DNA from: Synechococcus sp.
Lineage (GTDB): Bacteria; Cyanobacteriota; Cyanobacteriia; PCC-6307; Cyanobiaceae
Assembly: GCA_047285805.1 (NCBI GenBank)
Contig: JBJBCN010000003.1
Location: 128,001 to 192,000 of the forward strand
DNA: 64,000 nucleotides
Reading direction: 5' to 3'
Both the position numbers and the translations under genes were made by a program. Below are positions 1-9,226 of this stretch, piece after piece. Numbering within the stretch: the first letter of the stretch is position 1; each line of letters begins with the position of its first letter. The notes beneath the pieces are model-generated. The model ran no database searches. It was given only the letters and a program-made list of their open reading frames with translations, and was not told the origin of the DNA.

Positions 1-32
1 ACATTGCATTGTGGATCAAGGAGTGCTAATCA

Positions 33-614
33 ATGACAAGCATAATCGTTGATTTCTTGAATGAGGTGGCCTCAGATCATGGGTTGGCCACAGGGCTCAA
101 GAGACTTAAATCTCACTACGAGATAGTGCAATATGCCAATGAGTCAGGATATAGAATGTCACTTCAAGAATGGGCAAAGTATCATATACAAGAATGGTCA
201 AATAGTGAAGATCATGAATTAGATGCCATATTTAGGTGCGAAGAAACTCACTGGAGCTGGGCGTTCAGGCAAAATTCAACCTGGAGGAAGCTCCTCATAG
301 GTGGCTCTGTTACTGACGGAATGCGCCAGGATTTCAATATTATAGCAGGGAATGCCGAAAAGAGGCAGGTTGATACAGACATAAGCAAGCAAAAAGATGA
401 CACAAATACAGACCGCGTGCTCGATCTGTTCATCATTGAAATAAGCAGAAGCGAAGAGTTGAAGAAGAAGATTAAGAGTTGCCGGAATCAAGATGAAGTG
501 ATTGACATCGCCAGAGATTATGGTTTCGAGATTGACTCAATGTCAATCTTGAAGAAGTGGAGCAGAGTAACTGACTTTACTAAGCCCACATGGTTCGGAT
601 GGTTCAAAGAATAG
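33..614 (+). CDS. Tandem Nif11-like domain protein of the phycobilisome rod gene region (unk8/7-type fusion)
   Basis: Two Nif11-like segments (FLNEVASDHGLATGLK...IVQYANESGY; FIIEISRSEELKKKIKSC...VIDIARDYGFEI); convergent with cpeR. Confidence 0.7.
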   Translation: MTSIIVDFLNEVASDHGLATGLKRLKSHYEIVQYANESGYRMSLQEWAKYHIQEWSNSEDHELDAIFRCEETHWSWAFRQNSTWRKLLIGGSVTDGMRQDFNIIAGNAEKRQVDTDISKQKDDTNTDRVLDLFIIEISRSEELKKKIKSCRNQDEVIDIARDYGFEIDSMSILKKWSRVTDFTKPTWFGWFKE

Positions 615-622
615 TGCGGGAC

Positions 623-934
623 TTAGCTACTGATCTCTGCATAACGGGAAGTTTTACTACCCCGCTTTGCCCAATAGGTCACTATTGACTCTCCTCCAGG
701 ACGTGGCACTGATGCAGTTGCACGAAGAATCTTGAATGTTCGTCTCGGCCCCATAGGCCAGTTGCCTACTGCAGATACCTTTCGGATGTCCCCACCCAAC
801 GCCTCAATATATTGTTCGAACTTTTCGAGCTGTGTTTGGTCGACAGTTTCGAAAACAAAATCAGTTCCTTTACAGATTAGGTGTTGAGATCGAATCCAGG
901 CTTTAAGTTGCTTTAGGGCGTCATCTTCAACCAT
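623..934 (-). CDS. cpeR: CpeR, phycoerythrin operon regulator-like protein
   Basis: LKAWIRSQHLICKGTDFVFETVDQ...GNWPMG...YWAKRG motifs; follows cpeS-cpeT; ATG at 934 preferred over upstream TTG. Confidence 0.85.
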   Translation of the reverse strand: MVEDDALKQLKAWIRSQHLICKGTDFVFETVDQTQLEKFEQYIEALGGDIRKVSAVGNWPMGPRRTFKILRATASVPRPGGESIVTYWAKRGSKTSRYAEISS

Positions 935-973
935 TGCAAGTAAAAGCAAATAGGTGCTCTAGGATAGAGGTCT

Positions 974-1591
974 CTAATAGGTAAACCAAGATTTGTCTAT
1001 TTGATCTGAATAGGAAGTCACTCTGTCAAAACAGAGATGACCATGCTCTGATCCCCACACCTGAGTATTAGTAGTTGGGTCATATCCTCTATCACGACTT
1101 GTCCATGACGATTCGTCAACTAGAACCTCACTAACAAGATAGGTTAGTTGTCCATTACGAGGTACAATACAGTTGTGACCAGGTTCAACCTCTCCTTGAT
1201 ATCTGCCAGGTTCAGTCTCATAAAAGTGCATTGCACACCCGCAACGTTCTTGCAAAAGGGTTGGTTTTATTCCCTTTAAGAGTTCCGGCATTTGACCAGC
1301 ACCGGCAAGGCGAAGTGGATCCGCAATACCATAGTTTTCAACAATGAATGGTCCATCAGTTGATGGCAGTAGTTTATGGAGTCCTTGTCTGTAAGGGCGC
1401 CATGCATCATGATCGTAACTCTGCTCAGAATAAAAACCAGGAGCACCTAGAACTTGCGGAGAAAGAGGCAAGAAATAGATATTAATATGCGCATAGTCTT
1501 TAGGATTATCAAATGCTTGACGTTTATTTGAATAGTGACCAGAAAGGGTTCTGGCAAACCTAATATGTTTATCAATATATGGTTCAAGCAT
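974..1591 (-). CDS. cpeT: CpcT/CpeT-family phycobiliprotein lyase
   Basis: GHYSNKRQAFDNP, EQSYDHDAWRPYRQ, SRDRGYDP..QVWGS motifs; located between cpeS and cpeR. Confidence 0.9.
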   Translation of the reverse strand: MLEPYIDKHIRFARTLSGHYSNKRQAFDNPKDYAHINIYFLPLSPQVLGAPGFYSEQSYDHDAWRPYRQGLHKLLPSTDGPFIVENYGIADPLRLAGAGQMPELLKGIKPTLLQERCGCAMHFYETEPGRYQGEVEPGHNCIVPRNGQLTYLVSEVLVDESSWTSRDRGYDPTTNTQVWGSEHGHLCFDRVTSYSDQIDKSWFTY

Positions 1592-1599
1592 ATTTGTTG

Positions 1600-2133
1600 T
1601 TAAACGTTGAGACGTCTGACTTCTGAGGAGAATGATGCTTGGAGTATTCCATTTCCTTCAGAGGTCTTTAAGACTGATGAGCGACAGCGAACATTGTCTG
1701 ACACAAACCAGATTCGCTCCTCAGCAATAGATTGTTCATAGCGAGTAGACAGGACGAAGGTACCATCATCTAGAAAGGTATAGGTTGATTCAGCATGGGT
1801 CTTTTCAGCATAACCAACACTTCGAAGAAGGATACCAGAAGTAGCATTTTGTGCGATAGGCACTAAAATGCAAGAACCAGAAGAGACCTCAGATGGGTCA
1901 TCAGGCTCCCAGTCGCTATCAGCCGCCCAAGTCATAGCGAATGGTGAGACACAAGAAGTATTTTCAAAGCTTGAGATATTAACAAGTTCCAAGACATCGG
2001 GCGAGGAGATGCTTAGAGCAGAAATCTCGATCTCACTAAGTACATCCTCAAACTGCTGAAAGGCTAAAGAGTGGCCGGATCGCATCGATCTCCACTTGCC
2101 AATACTCTGAGCAACGAATCGCTCGATATTCAT
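1600..2133 (-). CDS. cpeS: CpcS/CpeS-family phycobiliprotein lyase
   Basis: SIGKWRSMRSGHSLAF, LLRSVGYAE, AEERIWF, SFSSEVRR motifs. Confidence 0.92.
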   Translation of the reverse strand: MNIERFVAQSIGKWRSMRSGHSLAFQQFEDVLSEIEISALSISSPDVLELVNISSFENTSCVSPFAMTWAADSDWEPDDPSEVSSGSCILVPIAQNATSGILLRSVGYAEKTHAESTYTFLDDGTFVLSTRYEQSIAEERIWFVSDNVRCRSSVLKTSEGNGILQASFSSEVRRLNV

Positions 2134-2150
2134 GGTGACGGAATTTTATG

Positions 2151-2309
2151 CTAAGTAGAATACTTTTTGCTAATACGTGAATTGTTGTGGACCATATGTA
2201 CCATTGACTCGATCATGAGAGCCATGGCAACTGGAGGATTGGTTGACAGGCCATGCTTAGAGGACTGATTTTGATCAGGTGCATCCCTGGGAGGACGGTA
2301 GATAGGCAT
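2151..2309 (-). CDS. Small 52-aa protein between cpeE and cpeS (probable unk6-type phycobilisome-region gene)
   Basis: Manual translation: MPIYRPPRDAPDQNQSSKHGLSTNPPVAMALMIESMVHMVHNNSRISKKYST*; same strand as neighbours; stop 17 nt before the cpeS start; below ORF-track cutoff. Confidence 0.6.
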   Translation of the reverse strand: MPIYRPPRDAPDQNQSSKHGLSTNPPVAMALMIESMVHMVHNNSRISKKYST

Positions 2310-2340
2310 TACTTCAGGCGTGTCAAGCTAGGAGAAAGGG

Positions 2341-2373
2341 ACAGCTGTCCTATTGTGAACTTAGGACAGCTGT
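2341..2373 (-). terminator. Perfect 12-bp stem-loop downstream of cpeE (terminator or mRNA stabiliser)
   Basis: ACAGCTGTCCTA-ttgtgaact-TAGGACAGCTGT; followed on minus strand by CCCTTTCTCCT. Confidence 0.6.
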
Positions 2374-2413
2374 TGGCTCAAAAAGAGCATCTGCGGAGAA
2401 AGAGTATTAAAGC

Positions 2414-3142
2414 TTAGGAGCCCGCAATGGTCAAAATACGACCTCCTTGTGACTGGATACTCCTGATAGTGCTAGAAAGGGAAGCATAACTTACGACTGA
2501 ACGCTGAGAGGACTTACGAGACGTGCCAATTTGGCGCATGGAAGTCCAAAGAATCGTATACGAGTTAGACCCACCTACAACTTTTCGTGATCCAGCCGCA
2601 GTCGGATTGGTTGTTGAAGCAACACTAGTCTGGAGCACAGACCGCCCCGATGCATCAAAACCTGCAAAACCTGAGTTCAGTGCAAAGGTTCTCTGGTAAG
2701 CAAGTGTTGAGGAAGCAGTAATTGATGTGTTTGAACGTGTATAGGGGACTTGATCAATACCAAAAGATTCAAGATATTCGTCACTGTAGGTATAACTTGC
2801 GATTTCAGACTCAAAACCCTCGTTCGCTAAGCGCATGACATGGTCAGATACTTCAGACTGATCACGAGGGGGACGACCAAGGAAGTGCTTAAAGTTGAGC
2901 TCTACGAAACGGTAGGGGCTATTGGTATGCAGAAAGAGTCTTTTGTAGGTTTCAGATTGACCGAGCGCAGTAATCAGACCTTGAATGGTGAGGTCACCAT
3001 TTATGAAAAGAGCTTCAACAGATGGGCAAACATCAAGCTCCATGAGGTGACGGTTCCCAAAAACCTGCTTGTAGGCTGCCAAGATGATCTCTTTGGCCTG
3101 AGTTAGATCTTGGTTGGCTTGGGATTTGAGAGTGATTGTCAT
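2414..3142 (-). CDS. cpeE: Phycoerythrin-associated rod linker polypeptide
   Basis: PBS linker domain (AAYKQVFGN, RFVELNFKHFLGRPP) plus C-terminal CpcD-like tail (IQSQGGRILTI); ATG at 3142. Confidence 0.8.
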   Translation of the reverse strand: MTITLKSQANQDLTQAKEIILAAYKQVFGNRHLMELDVCPSVEALFINGDLTIQGLITALGQSETYKRLFLHTNSPYRFVELNFKHFLGRPPRDQSEVSDHVMRLANEGFESEIASYTYSDEYLESFGIDQVPYTRSNTSITASSTLAYQRTFALNSGFAGFDASGRSVLQTSVASTTNPTAAGSRKVVGGSNSYTILWTSMRQIGTSRKSSQRSVVSYASLSSTIRSIQSQGGRILTIAGS

Positions 3143-3223
3143 CGAAAAGTTTGGGAAGGTGGGGAACAAGCCTGGTGGCAGACCAAACAAAATACTTAAT
3201 CTGATTTAGATTAGGTATTTTGA

Positions 3224-4858
3224 CTACATCACTTCTGTGATGGAGATAATGCGACCACCACGTGAATGGATATATTTGAGTTGACTAGACATGTCCTTTC
3301 CAGAAACAAGATAGTTTGCATTAGGAGTTCTCTGGCGTCCACCCGCCGGTTGAGCTTGAACAACGATACGGAATCGCTTAGTTGTTGCAGAAGGGGATCC
3401 AGAAACAGCACTGTTCCGGTTTACACGAACAGTAGTGGTACGCCAACCACTAGGCACTGACTTGGTCGCGACCGAGGTAACTAGAGATGAGGCATTACTC
3501 ACAGAATCACTTGATGCATAGCCCTCGGCAAGAGACAGATGGCGGTTAAATGCCAGCTGTGATCGGCCCATTTCAGTAAGAATTCTCATATAGGGAACGA
3601 TATTTTCGCCGAAGGTATTTTGATACTCGGGAGAGTCAAGATAACTATTGATTTCTGCCTCATAGCCATCAGTAGCCAAGATCTGAATGTGATGGCTGAG
3701 TTCTTCCTGAGAGTTGGGCGCCCTACCTAGGAGGTGCTTGAAATTAAGCTCAACGAATCTGTAGGGAGCGTTTGGTTCAAAGAACCGCCTGGAATACTCA
3801 GGCGAAAGAGCAATGGCACGAACAAGCTCTCGGGTGCTGAGATAACCTTCAGCAAATTTACTTTCTGCAGAAAGTACTCTCTCAGACTCCATTAGGTGTG
3901 GATTACCCATCACCTGGCGATAGACCGCTCGTATTAAGCCATTGATTTGATCGGCGGTATCTCCAGCGCATCGCTCAAATACTTCTTGCTCGCGCTGGCC
4001 AAGTCCGAAGCCAACATATGCATCATTGCGAATTGGAGTGAAATCTCCACCGTCGCTTGATGCACGTTTCTTAGGAGCAAATGTAGAAGAAACGTTACCG
4101 GATCCAGTCGCGCTGTAAACCTGAGAAGGTATCTGAATAGAGGGAGCCCTGCCATAGGCTAAAGAAGTAGCCAATTGACTACGGGAACCGATCGCAGAAT
4201 CACTAATAGCAAAACCACGTTCGAGAGCAGCTATAGCTGCGAACCCACTAGTAGGAACTCCAGCGGCAGAAGTAAAGGAACGAGAATATGGAACTGTTTC
4301 ATCTCCGAAAACCTCAATGAATTCGGCGGAGTCGACTATGGAATCAATCACTGCATCATGCCCTGCGGATGACAACAAGGCGATGTGTGCCGACATTTCA
4401 GACTGACTCAAGGGTGGGCGACCCAAGAGATGCTTGAAATTTAGTTCAATACCCCTTTGAGGTGAAACACATTCAAAGAAACGTGACTTATAAAAAGAAG
4501 TCTTAGCTAAAGCTCTTACAAAGTTTCTAACAGTAAGTTCACCGTTGCCAAATTGAGCTTCCAACTCAATGGAACGCTCATTGTCCATCACATGTGCATT
4601 TCCATAAATTTGACGGTAAGAGGCTTGAATAGCAAGTTGTAGAGATTCAGAATCATGGGGTGAATAAGTCCTCACGGTGACTCGATGAGGACAATCTTCA
4701 TGATTACGGGGACCTGTAGCAATCTTCATGTTTGCGCAGGATTGCCGAAGAAACTCAGCATTAGATAATGCTGGTTTATCCATTCTGCTTGAATTTCGAC
4801 TGAATGAAACTGGTTCTGAATTTAGAGAAGCAGCACCAAAACCGTTTTTTGAGGACAT
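3224..4858 (-). CDS. mpeD: Double-domain phycoerythrin rod linker
   Basis: Two PBS linker domains (YRQIYGN...NFKHLLGRPP; YRQVMGN...NFKHLLGRAP) and C-terminal GGRIISITEV; 544 aa. Confidence 0.85.
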   Translation of the reverse strand: MSSKNGFGAASLNSEPVSFSRNSSRMDKPALSNAEFLRQSCANMKIATGPRNHEDCPHRVTVRTYSPHDSESLQLAIQASYRQIYGNAHVMDNERSIELEAQFGNGELTVRNFVRALAKTSFYKSRFFECVSPQRGIELNFKHLLGRPPLSQSEMSAHIALLSSAGHDAVIDSIVDSAEFIEVFGDETVPYSRSFTSAAGVPTSGFAAIAALERGFAISDSAIGSRSQLATSLAYGRAPSIQIPSQVYSATGSGNVSSTFAPKKRASSDGGDFTPIRNDAYVGFGLGQREQEVFERCAGDTADQINGLIRAVYRQVMGNPHLMESERVLSAESKFAEGYLSTRELVRAIALSPEYSRRFFEPNAPYRFVELNFKHLLGRAPNSQEELSHHIQILATDGYEAEINSYLDSPEYQNTFGENIVPYMRILTEMGRSQLAFNRHLSLAEGYASSDSVSNASSLVTSVATKSVPSGWRTTTVRVNRNSAVSGSPSATTKRFRIVVQAQPAGGRQRTPNANYLVSGKDMSSQLKYIHSRGGRIISITEVM

Positions 4859-4945
4859 GAGAAGAGACCGAATGGAGAGGGTAGTGAAGAGATCTAAATG
4901 CTCAGAGGGGATTGGCTCGGGAGCACTTAATGCGTGAACAGACTG

Positions 4946-5830
4946 TTAGTTAACAGGGGTAATGCTTGCGATCTTGCCGCCTTCGGCATGAATGCGAATA
5001 AATTGCTCAGACAATTTATTGAATGGAACAAAATAAACTCGATTTGATCTTGTATATCGAGAAACTCGGCGCACTTTATTAGAACTATAACCAGTCACTT
5101 CGACTCTGAAAGTTTTACCTTCATCGCCAGCACCGAATCCATGACGCGAAGCAGCGTCTTGAAGGTTCTTTGATGGCCTGAAGCTCCATCCCTGAGCTTC
5201 GAGTGAGGAAGGTGGGACAACTGGAATGGGGCGATTCTGATAGGCAGCACCCCCAAGTTTGCTTGTAATACCTGAGAGATCACCCTTTAGGCTGCTGCTG
5301 CTATTGCCGCGTAGAAGTTGGAAACTCCAGGTGAACTCCTGCATTGTTTGACAAGATTCGGTCTTCCAGCCCCGCTGATAAGGGACTGTCCACTCGCCAA
5401 ATGTGTCCTGATAGTCTGTCGAATCGAGGAAACTATCGATATCAGCTTCATATCCATGTGAATCAAGGCGTTCCGCATGAACTCTCATTTCCGCGAAATC
5501 AACAGGGGCTCGTCCTAACAGGTGACGAAATGCAAGCTCGATATATCGATAGCGTGGGCACGCGTCAAAAAAGCGCTCTCTATAAAGATCACTTTTAGCG
5601 ATGCGACGTACGAGTTCACGGACGCTAATCTCGCCTAGCTTGAACTGAGATTCAGCTACCAACTGACGCTCGCTATCCATAACGTATGCGTTGCCAAGTA
5701 CTTGCTTGTAAATGGCTCGGACAATCATTTCCTTCCGAGAGTCGTCATCGCCAGGGATCAGCTCAAGAGGAGCTTCGCTCTCTTGAGAGAAACGCTCGAC
5801 CCCTAGGAGCGCTGCAGGACCAAAAGGCAT
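4946..5830 (-). CDS. cpeC: Phycoerythrin rod linker CpeC
   Basis: MPFGPA start, YKQVLGNAYVM, FRHLLGRAP, GGKIASITPV. Confidence 0.9.
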   Translation of the reverse strand: MPFGPAALLGVERFSQESEAPLELIPGDDDSRKEMIVRAIYKQVLGNAYVMDSERQLVAESQFKLGEISVRELVRRIAKSDLYRERFFDACPRYRYIELAFRHLLGRAPVDFAEMRVHAERLDSHGYEADIDSFLDSTDYQDTFGEWTVPYQRGWKTESCQTMQEFTWSFQLLRGNSSSSLKGDLSGITSKLGGAAYQNRPIPVVPPSSLEAQGWSFRPSKNLQDAASRHGFGAGDEGKTFRVEVTGYSSNKVRRVSRYTRSNRVYFVPFNKLSEQFIRIHAEGGKIASITPVN

Positions 5831-5982
5831 GAACGTCATGGATAGGTGAGTCCATCCATCGTCTTGCAGAAAAAGGGCGTGGCGCCGCCATCTACATAAA
5901 GCTCAATCAAATATGACCGTTTGTTGCGTGACTCAAGCTGGAGGAGGCCTGCTGACGGCTAGGAGAACTGGAAAAACCCAGT

Positions 5983-6660
5983 TCAGGAAAGGGATTCAAG
6001 GCTAAGTCTTGTCGTGCTACGGGTTAGCGGGTTCCAGCAATCCAACTCCTCAACAGGGCGGGCAAGGAGAACAGACCTCAGATCATCGAGGCCTTGTGTA
6101 AGGGAGAAGTCCGCGCCTTTGATGGACTCCACAGTCTCTAGTGATGCACCTGTGAGGTCAGCACCTCTGAAATCAGCCTGATCGAGCTGAGCATTCCCAA
6201 ACCTAGTTCCCCTACACATGGCGCCTCGGAAAACAGCTGATCTCAAGTCAGAGCCGGCTAGGCTTACTCTATCTAGGATGGCGCCGGAAAGATCTGCTCC
6301 ACTGAGATAAGCACCAATGAGGTTTGCACCCCTAAAATCCATACCCCGAAGATCAGCGGCATTTAAGAAAGCTCCATTTAATTTTGCACCTGGTCCAACC
6401 GCACCGGAAGAGCGATAGTCAAAATCATTGGGAAATATAGTCTTACTATCATATCTTGCAAGTCTAATATCAACCCCATTTAGTTGGCACATCTGAAGAT
6501 CTGTGCCTCGGAGGTCTACACGACATAAATTTGAATCAGAAAGATCAAGACTGCCTAAAGATAAGCCAGACCAATCAGCCCCACGAGCGTCAATGGGTTT
6601 TCCGTGGGTTCTTGTTGGAGTAACACTTTCTGGGGGCAACCAAGATAGGCGGTCAAGCAT
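5983..6660 (-). CDS. Pentapeptide repeat protein
   Basis: Many A(D/N)LxG repeats; typical position between cpcL/cpcG2 and cpeC. Confidence 0.9.
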   Translation of the reverse strand: MLDRLSWLPPESVTPTRTHGKPIDARGADWSGLSLGSLDLSDSNLCRVDLRGTDLQMCQLNGVDIRLARYDSKTIFPNDFDYRSSGAVGPGAKLNGAFLNAADLRGMDFRGANLIGAYLSGADLSGAILDRVSLAGSDLRSAVFRGAMCRGTRFGNAQLDQADFRGADLTGASLETVESIKGADFSLTQGLDDLRSVLLARPVEELDCWNPLTRSTTRLSLESLS

Positions 6661-6684
6661 AAACAGATTTACTATTTTTTCATC

Positions 6685-7392
6685 CTAATGCCTCAGGGCG
6701 GCCCAAGCAAGGGCAATGACAACTCGACTGACTTCAAAACCTCCAACTATTGCAAATGCAAGCCAAACTTTGAGAGCCCATTCAGGAGGCTGGCCATTTT
6801 GCCACGTATCGGAAACTTTTCCGAACTGGACAAAGATTGCGTTTGGAGAAGGGGCTCTGCTAGCGAGGGAATCTCGCCAGTCAGCACCATAACGAGGAAA
6901 TTTCTGATAAATCGGCATTTCACCAGTCCGCCATCCTTTGAGCGTTCTCGCTCTCTGATAAGGAACACAGTCATACCCGAAGTTGCCTAAGTATTCTGAA
7001 CTATCTAGAATCAAATCCACAAATGACTCAAACCCACTTTCGGCAATAACAATAGAATACTTAATTCTTTCCTGATCTGAATATGGCTCTCGGCCCAATG
7101 CGCGACCAATAACCTGGTCAACTATTCTATAATTCGAATTGCATTGATAGTAGTCGGACAAAAAGCGCTTCGACAGAAGCAGGCCTCTAACAAAGTCACG
7201 AGCAGTAATCGAACCAGAAAGATACTGAGATTCTAAGGACGGTTCTCTGTCAAATTTAAAAGCATGAAAGAATATCTGCTTGTAGGCCTTCTCGATTACC
7301 AGATAACGAGAATCGGTCCTGTTCTCAGAGGTGGCAGCGCCGCTAACTCGTGAATTCTGAGTTGAATATTCTGTCTCAAGCAGAGGTAACAT
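6685..7392 (-). CDS. cpcL: Rod-core/rod-membrane linker, CpcG2/CpcL type
   Basis: LPLL..Y.TQNSRV start, AYKQIFFHAF, VPYQRAR; hydrophobic C-terminal tail WLAFAIVGGFEVSRVVIALAWAAL. Confidence 0.8.
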   Translation of the reverse strand: MLPLLETEYSTQNSRVSGAATSENRTDSRYLVIEKAYKQIFFHAFKFDREPSLESQYLSGSITARDFVRGLLLSKRFLSDYYQCNSNYRIVDQVIGRALGREPYSDQERIKYSIVIAESGFESFVDLILDSSEYLGNFGYDCVPYQRARTLKGWRTGEMPIYQKFPRYGADWRDSLASRAPSPNAIFVQFGKVSDTWQNGQPPEWALKVWLAFAIVGGFEVSRVVIALAWAALRH

Positions 7393-7462
7393 TTCTGGAT
7401 GCAAGTCAATATTCTGATTTTGCCAGCAAAGGCTAGAAATTTGCCGGGAGACTTCTTACGAC

Positions 7463-8071
7463 TTAACAATCACTCTTGAAAAGGGCCGACTCCAGATGCT
7501 CAAAAGCTAACTTTAAGGTCTGTAAAGTGAATGTCTTTCCGTTCGCGCGCTCGAAACACTCGCATACAGAGCCCTTTAACTCAACTAATGCATACTGGAG
7601 CCCATCGCTAGGGACATTCAAGAGCCTATAAAGCTCTTTAAGAGCTTCTACTGATTTTTTATCGGTAAAATCGGGGTGGTTAATGGCAACAGAATAAACA
7701 ATGACACGATAAAAGTTTTCGCAATCACGCCAACAGGTCATAGCTCTCTCTGGGGTTGAGAGAGCGCCACCTGTTTCAAACAGGTGTGGAAACTGAGTCA
7801 AGAGCTTTGATTTCGCCTTTTGAATGCATACAGAACTCATATTTTTTATAGAAATAACTTCGCGGTATGATGAGCCAGAAATTTTGGAGATATCGATAAT
7901 CTCAGTGTCGGTAAGATGTCTTTTCTCCTCATCTGCTTGGCATAGGTACTGCCAAGTGTGCGAAGGTAGGTACTTAAACTTCTGTAACGGAAAGACCGTT
8001 GCTGTGGATATTAGATATTGCAAATAGGAGTCGCGGTCAGCCATCCGTGCCTCTCGAAATACAACGCCCAT
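7463..8071 (-). CDS. aplA: Allophycocyanin-like protein (phycobiliprotein fold); start uncertain (8098/8071/8044)
   Basis: ADEEKRHLT, FPHLFETGGAL, ERAMTCWRDCENFYRVIVY (bilin-binding Cys context), LKELYRLLNVP. Confidence 0.75.
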   Translation of the reverse strand: MGVVFREARMADRDSYLQYLISTATVFPLQKFKYLPSHTWQYLCQADEEKRHLTDTEIIDISKISGSSYREVISIKNMSSVCIQKAKSKLLTQFPHLFETGGALSTPERAMTCWRDCENFYRVIVYSVAINHPDFTDKKSVEALKELYRLLNVPSDGLQYALVELKGSVCECFERANGKTFTLQTLKLAFEHLESALFKSDC

Positions 8072-8430
8072 GCAATATTTGCAATTATACCCGGACATTT
8101 ATCGAGAGCCATAAGAGCAAGATTCTCTGTAACTCCAAGATCAACTAGCAACTCCACGAACTGACTTCTTGATTGAATGCTTTCAGTCCTAATAGCAGAA
8201 CCAACAATCCATGTAAGCCTTGTTGAGCGTAAGCTACCAGATGAGTTTTCGCAGGCCAACAATAGATTGGCAGATTCTCCCTTAACAGCTGCTTCTTCTT
8301 GCCACATCAGAATATAGTCTTCTCTAAGGTCAATACGAAGGACTTCTCCAGATTTATCAAATTTGAGCTCTCTCTCTCCTCCTGATAGCAGGCGAAGTCT
8401 ATCTATCCCTGGATCAAGGAGCCTCTTCAT
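8011..8430 (-). CDS. Conserved hypothetical protein of the phycobilisome region
   Basis: 139-aa ATG ORF, co-oriented with neighbours; ends WALYFERHGWLTATP. Confidence 0.65.
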   Translation of the reverse strand: MKRLLDPGIDRLRLLSGGERELKFDKSGEVLRIDLREDYILMWQEEAAVKGESANLLLACENSSGSLRSTRLTWIVGSAIRTESIQSRSQFVELLVDLGVTENLALMALDKCPGIIANIAWALYFERHGWLTATPICNI

Positions 8431-8457
8431 TGCTCAGTGAGCAGTGCTTTTTCAAAT

Positions 8458-9045
8458 TTAACCCCAACTGCTCGGGACCTCGTCACTCCAGTCGCAAACC
8501 TTTTCAAACATAAATGGACCCGCAATGCACCCCCACAAGTGTTCATGGGTAGACGGATCATAGCCGCGGTCAATAGTGCGCATTGTTTTTGGGGTCAACT
8601 CAAACTGACTTAGTAAATAAGATTCACGACCCTTTCTGACGACTCGGCACTGGCACCCAGGCTGGACATTGCCAATAAAGCCTTCATTTGTCTTTTCTAT
8701 TAAATAGCTACATCCTTCAAGAGGAAGAAGATCATTCTCCTTAAGAAGGCTAAGTTTATTAATGTCTTCGACGGCAGAAAAGAAACGCTCTGGTGAATCA
8801 ATGGAAAAGTTTGATACCGCCAAAGAGCCATCATCATAGTAACTTGGCCGTAAAACTCTGACTCTATACGGGTCTCTTGGAGCAACTGCATAAGCCTGCT
8901 CCAAGAAAAGACTTGGAATTTGAAAATGCTGAATTGGCTTAATTCTTATGATTATGTTTCCATATAAAGGAGGGTTTTCGAACGCTTGGGCTTGGTTGCT
9001 AAAGCTTCCAGACAACATTCGACCCAGGTCGCCAATATGATTCAT
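8458..9045 (-). CDS. cpcT: Second CpcT/CpeT-family lyase (likely phycocyanin beta-subunit specific)
   Basis: GSFSNQAQAFENPP, EQAY..APRDPYR, GCQCRVVRKG, IDRGYDP..HLWG. Confidence 0.8.
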   Translation of the reverse strand: MNHIGDLGRMLSGSFSNQAQAFENPPLYGNIIIRIKPIQHFQIPSLFLEQAYAVAPRDPYRVRVLRPSYYDDGSLAVSNFSIDSPERFFSAVEDINKLSLLKENDLLPLEGCSYLIEKTNEGFIGNVQPGCQCRVVRKGRESYLLSQFELTPKTMRTIDRGYDPSTHEHLWGCIAGPFMFEKVCDWSDEVPSSWG

Positions 9046-9226
9046 CTGCGTCACTTTTTTCGAGCTAAGGCCTAGTCCTTCAATTTTGCCATTGTAATTT
9101 ACTATCTTTGTCACATCAAATAATGTACAAACATTGTCACCTAAGCAAAGTGAAATTGCCGCATAGGTCTGGCAGTTGCGTCTTTCCCCAAAGCCGATAC
9201 TATCCGGCTAATTACAATTTCGTCAC

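Noticed and set aside
33..614. Lanthipeptide/prochlorosin biosynthetic cluster
   Set aside because: No Gly-Gly cleavage motif, core peptide, LanM or transporter in the window
5983..6660. Periodic 15-nt pattern
   Set aside because: Explained by pentapeptide repeats
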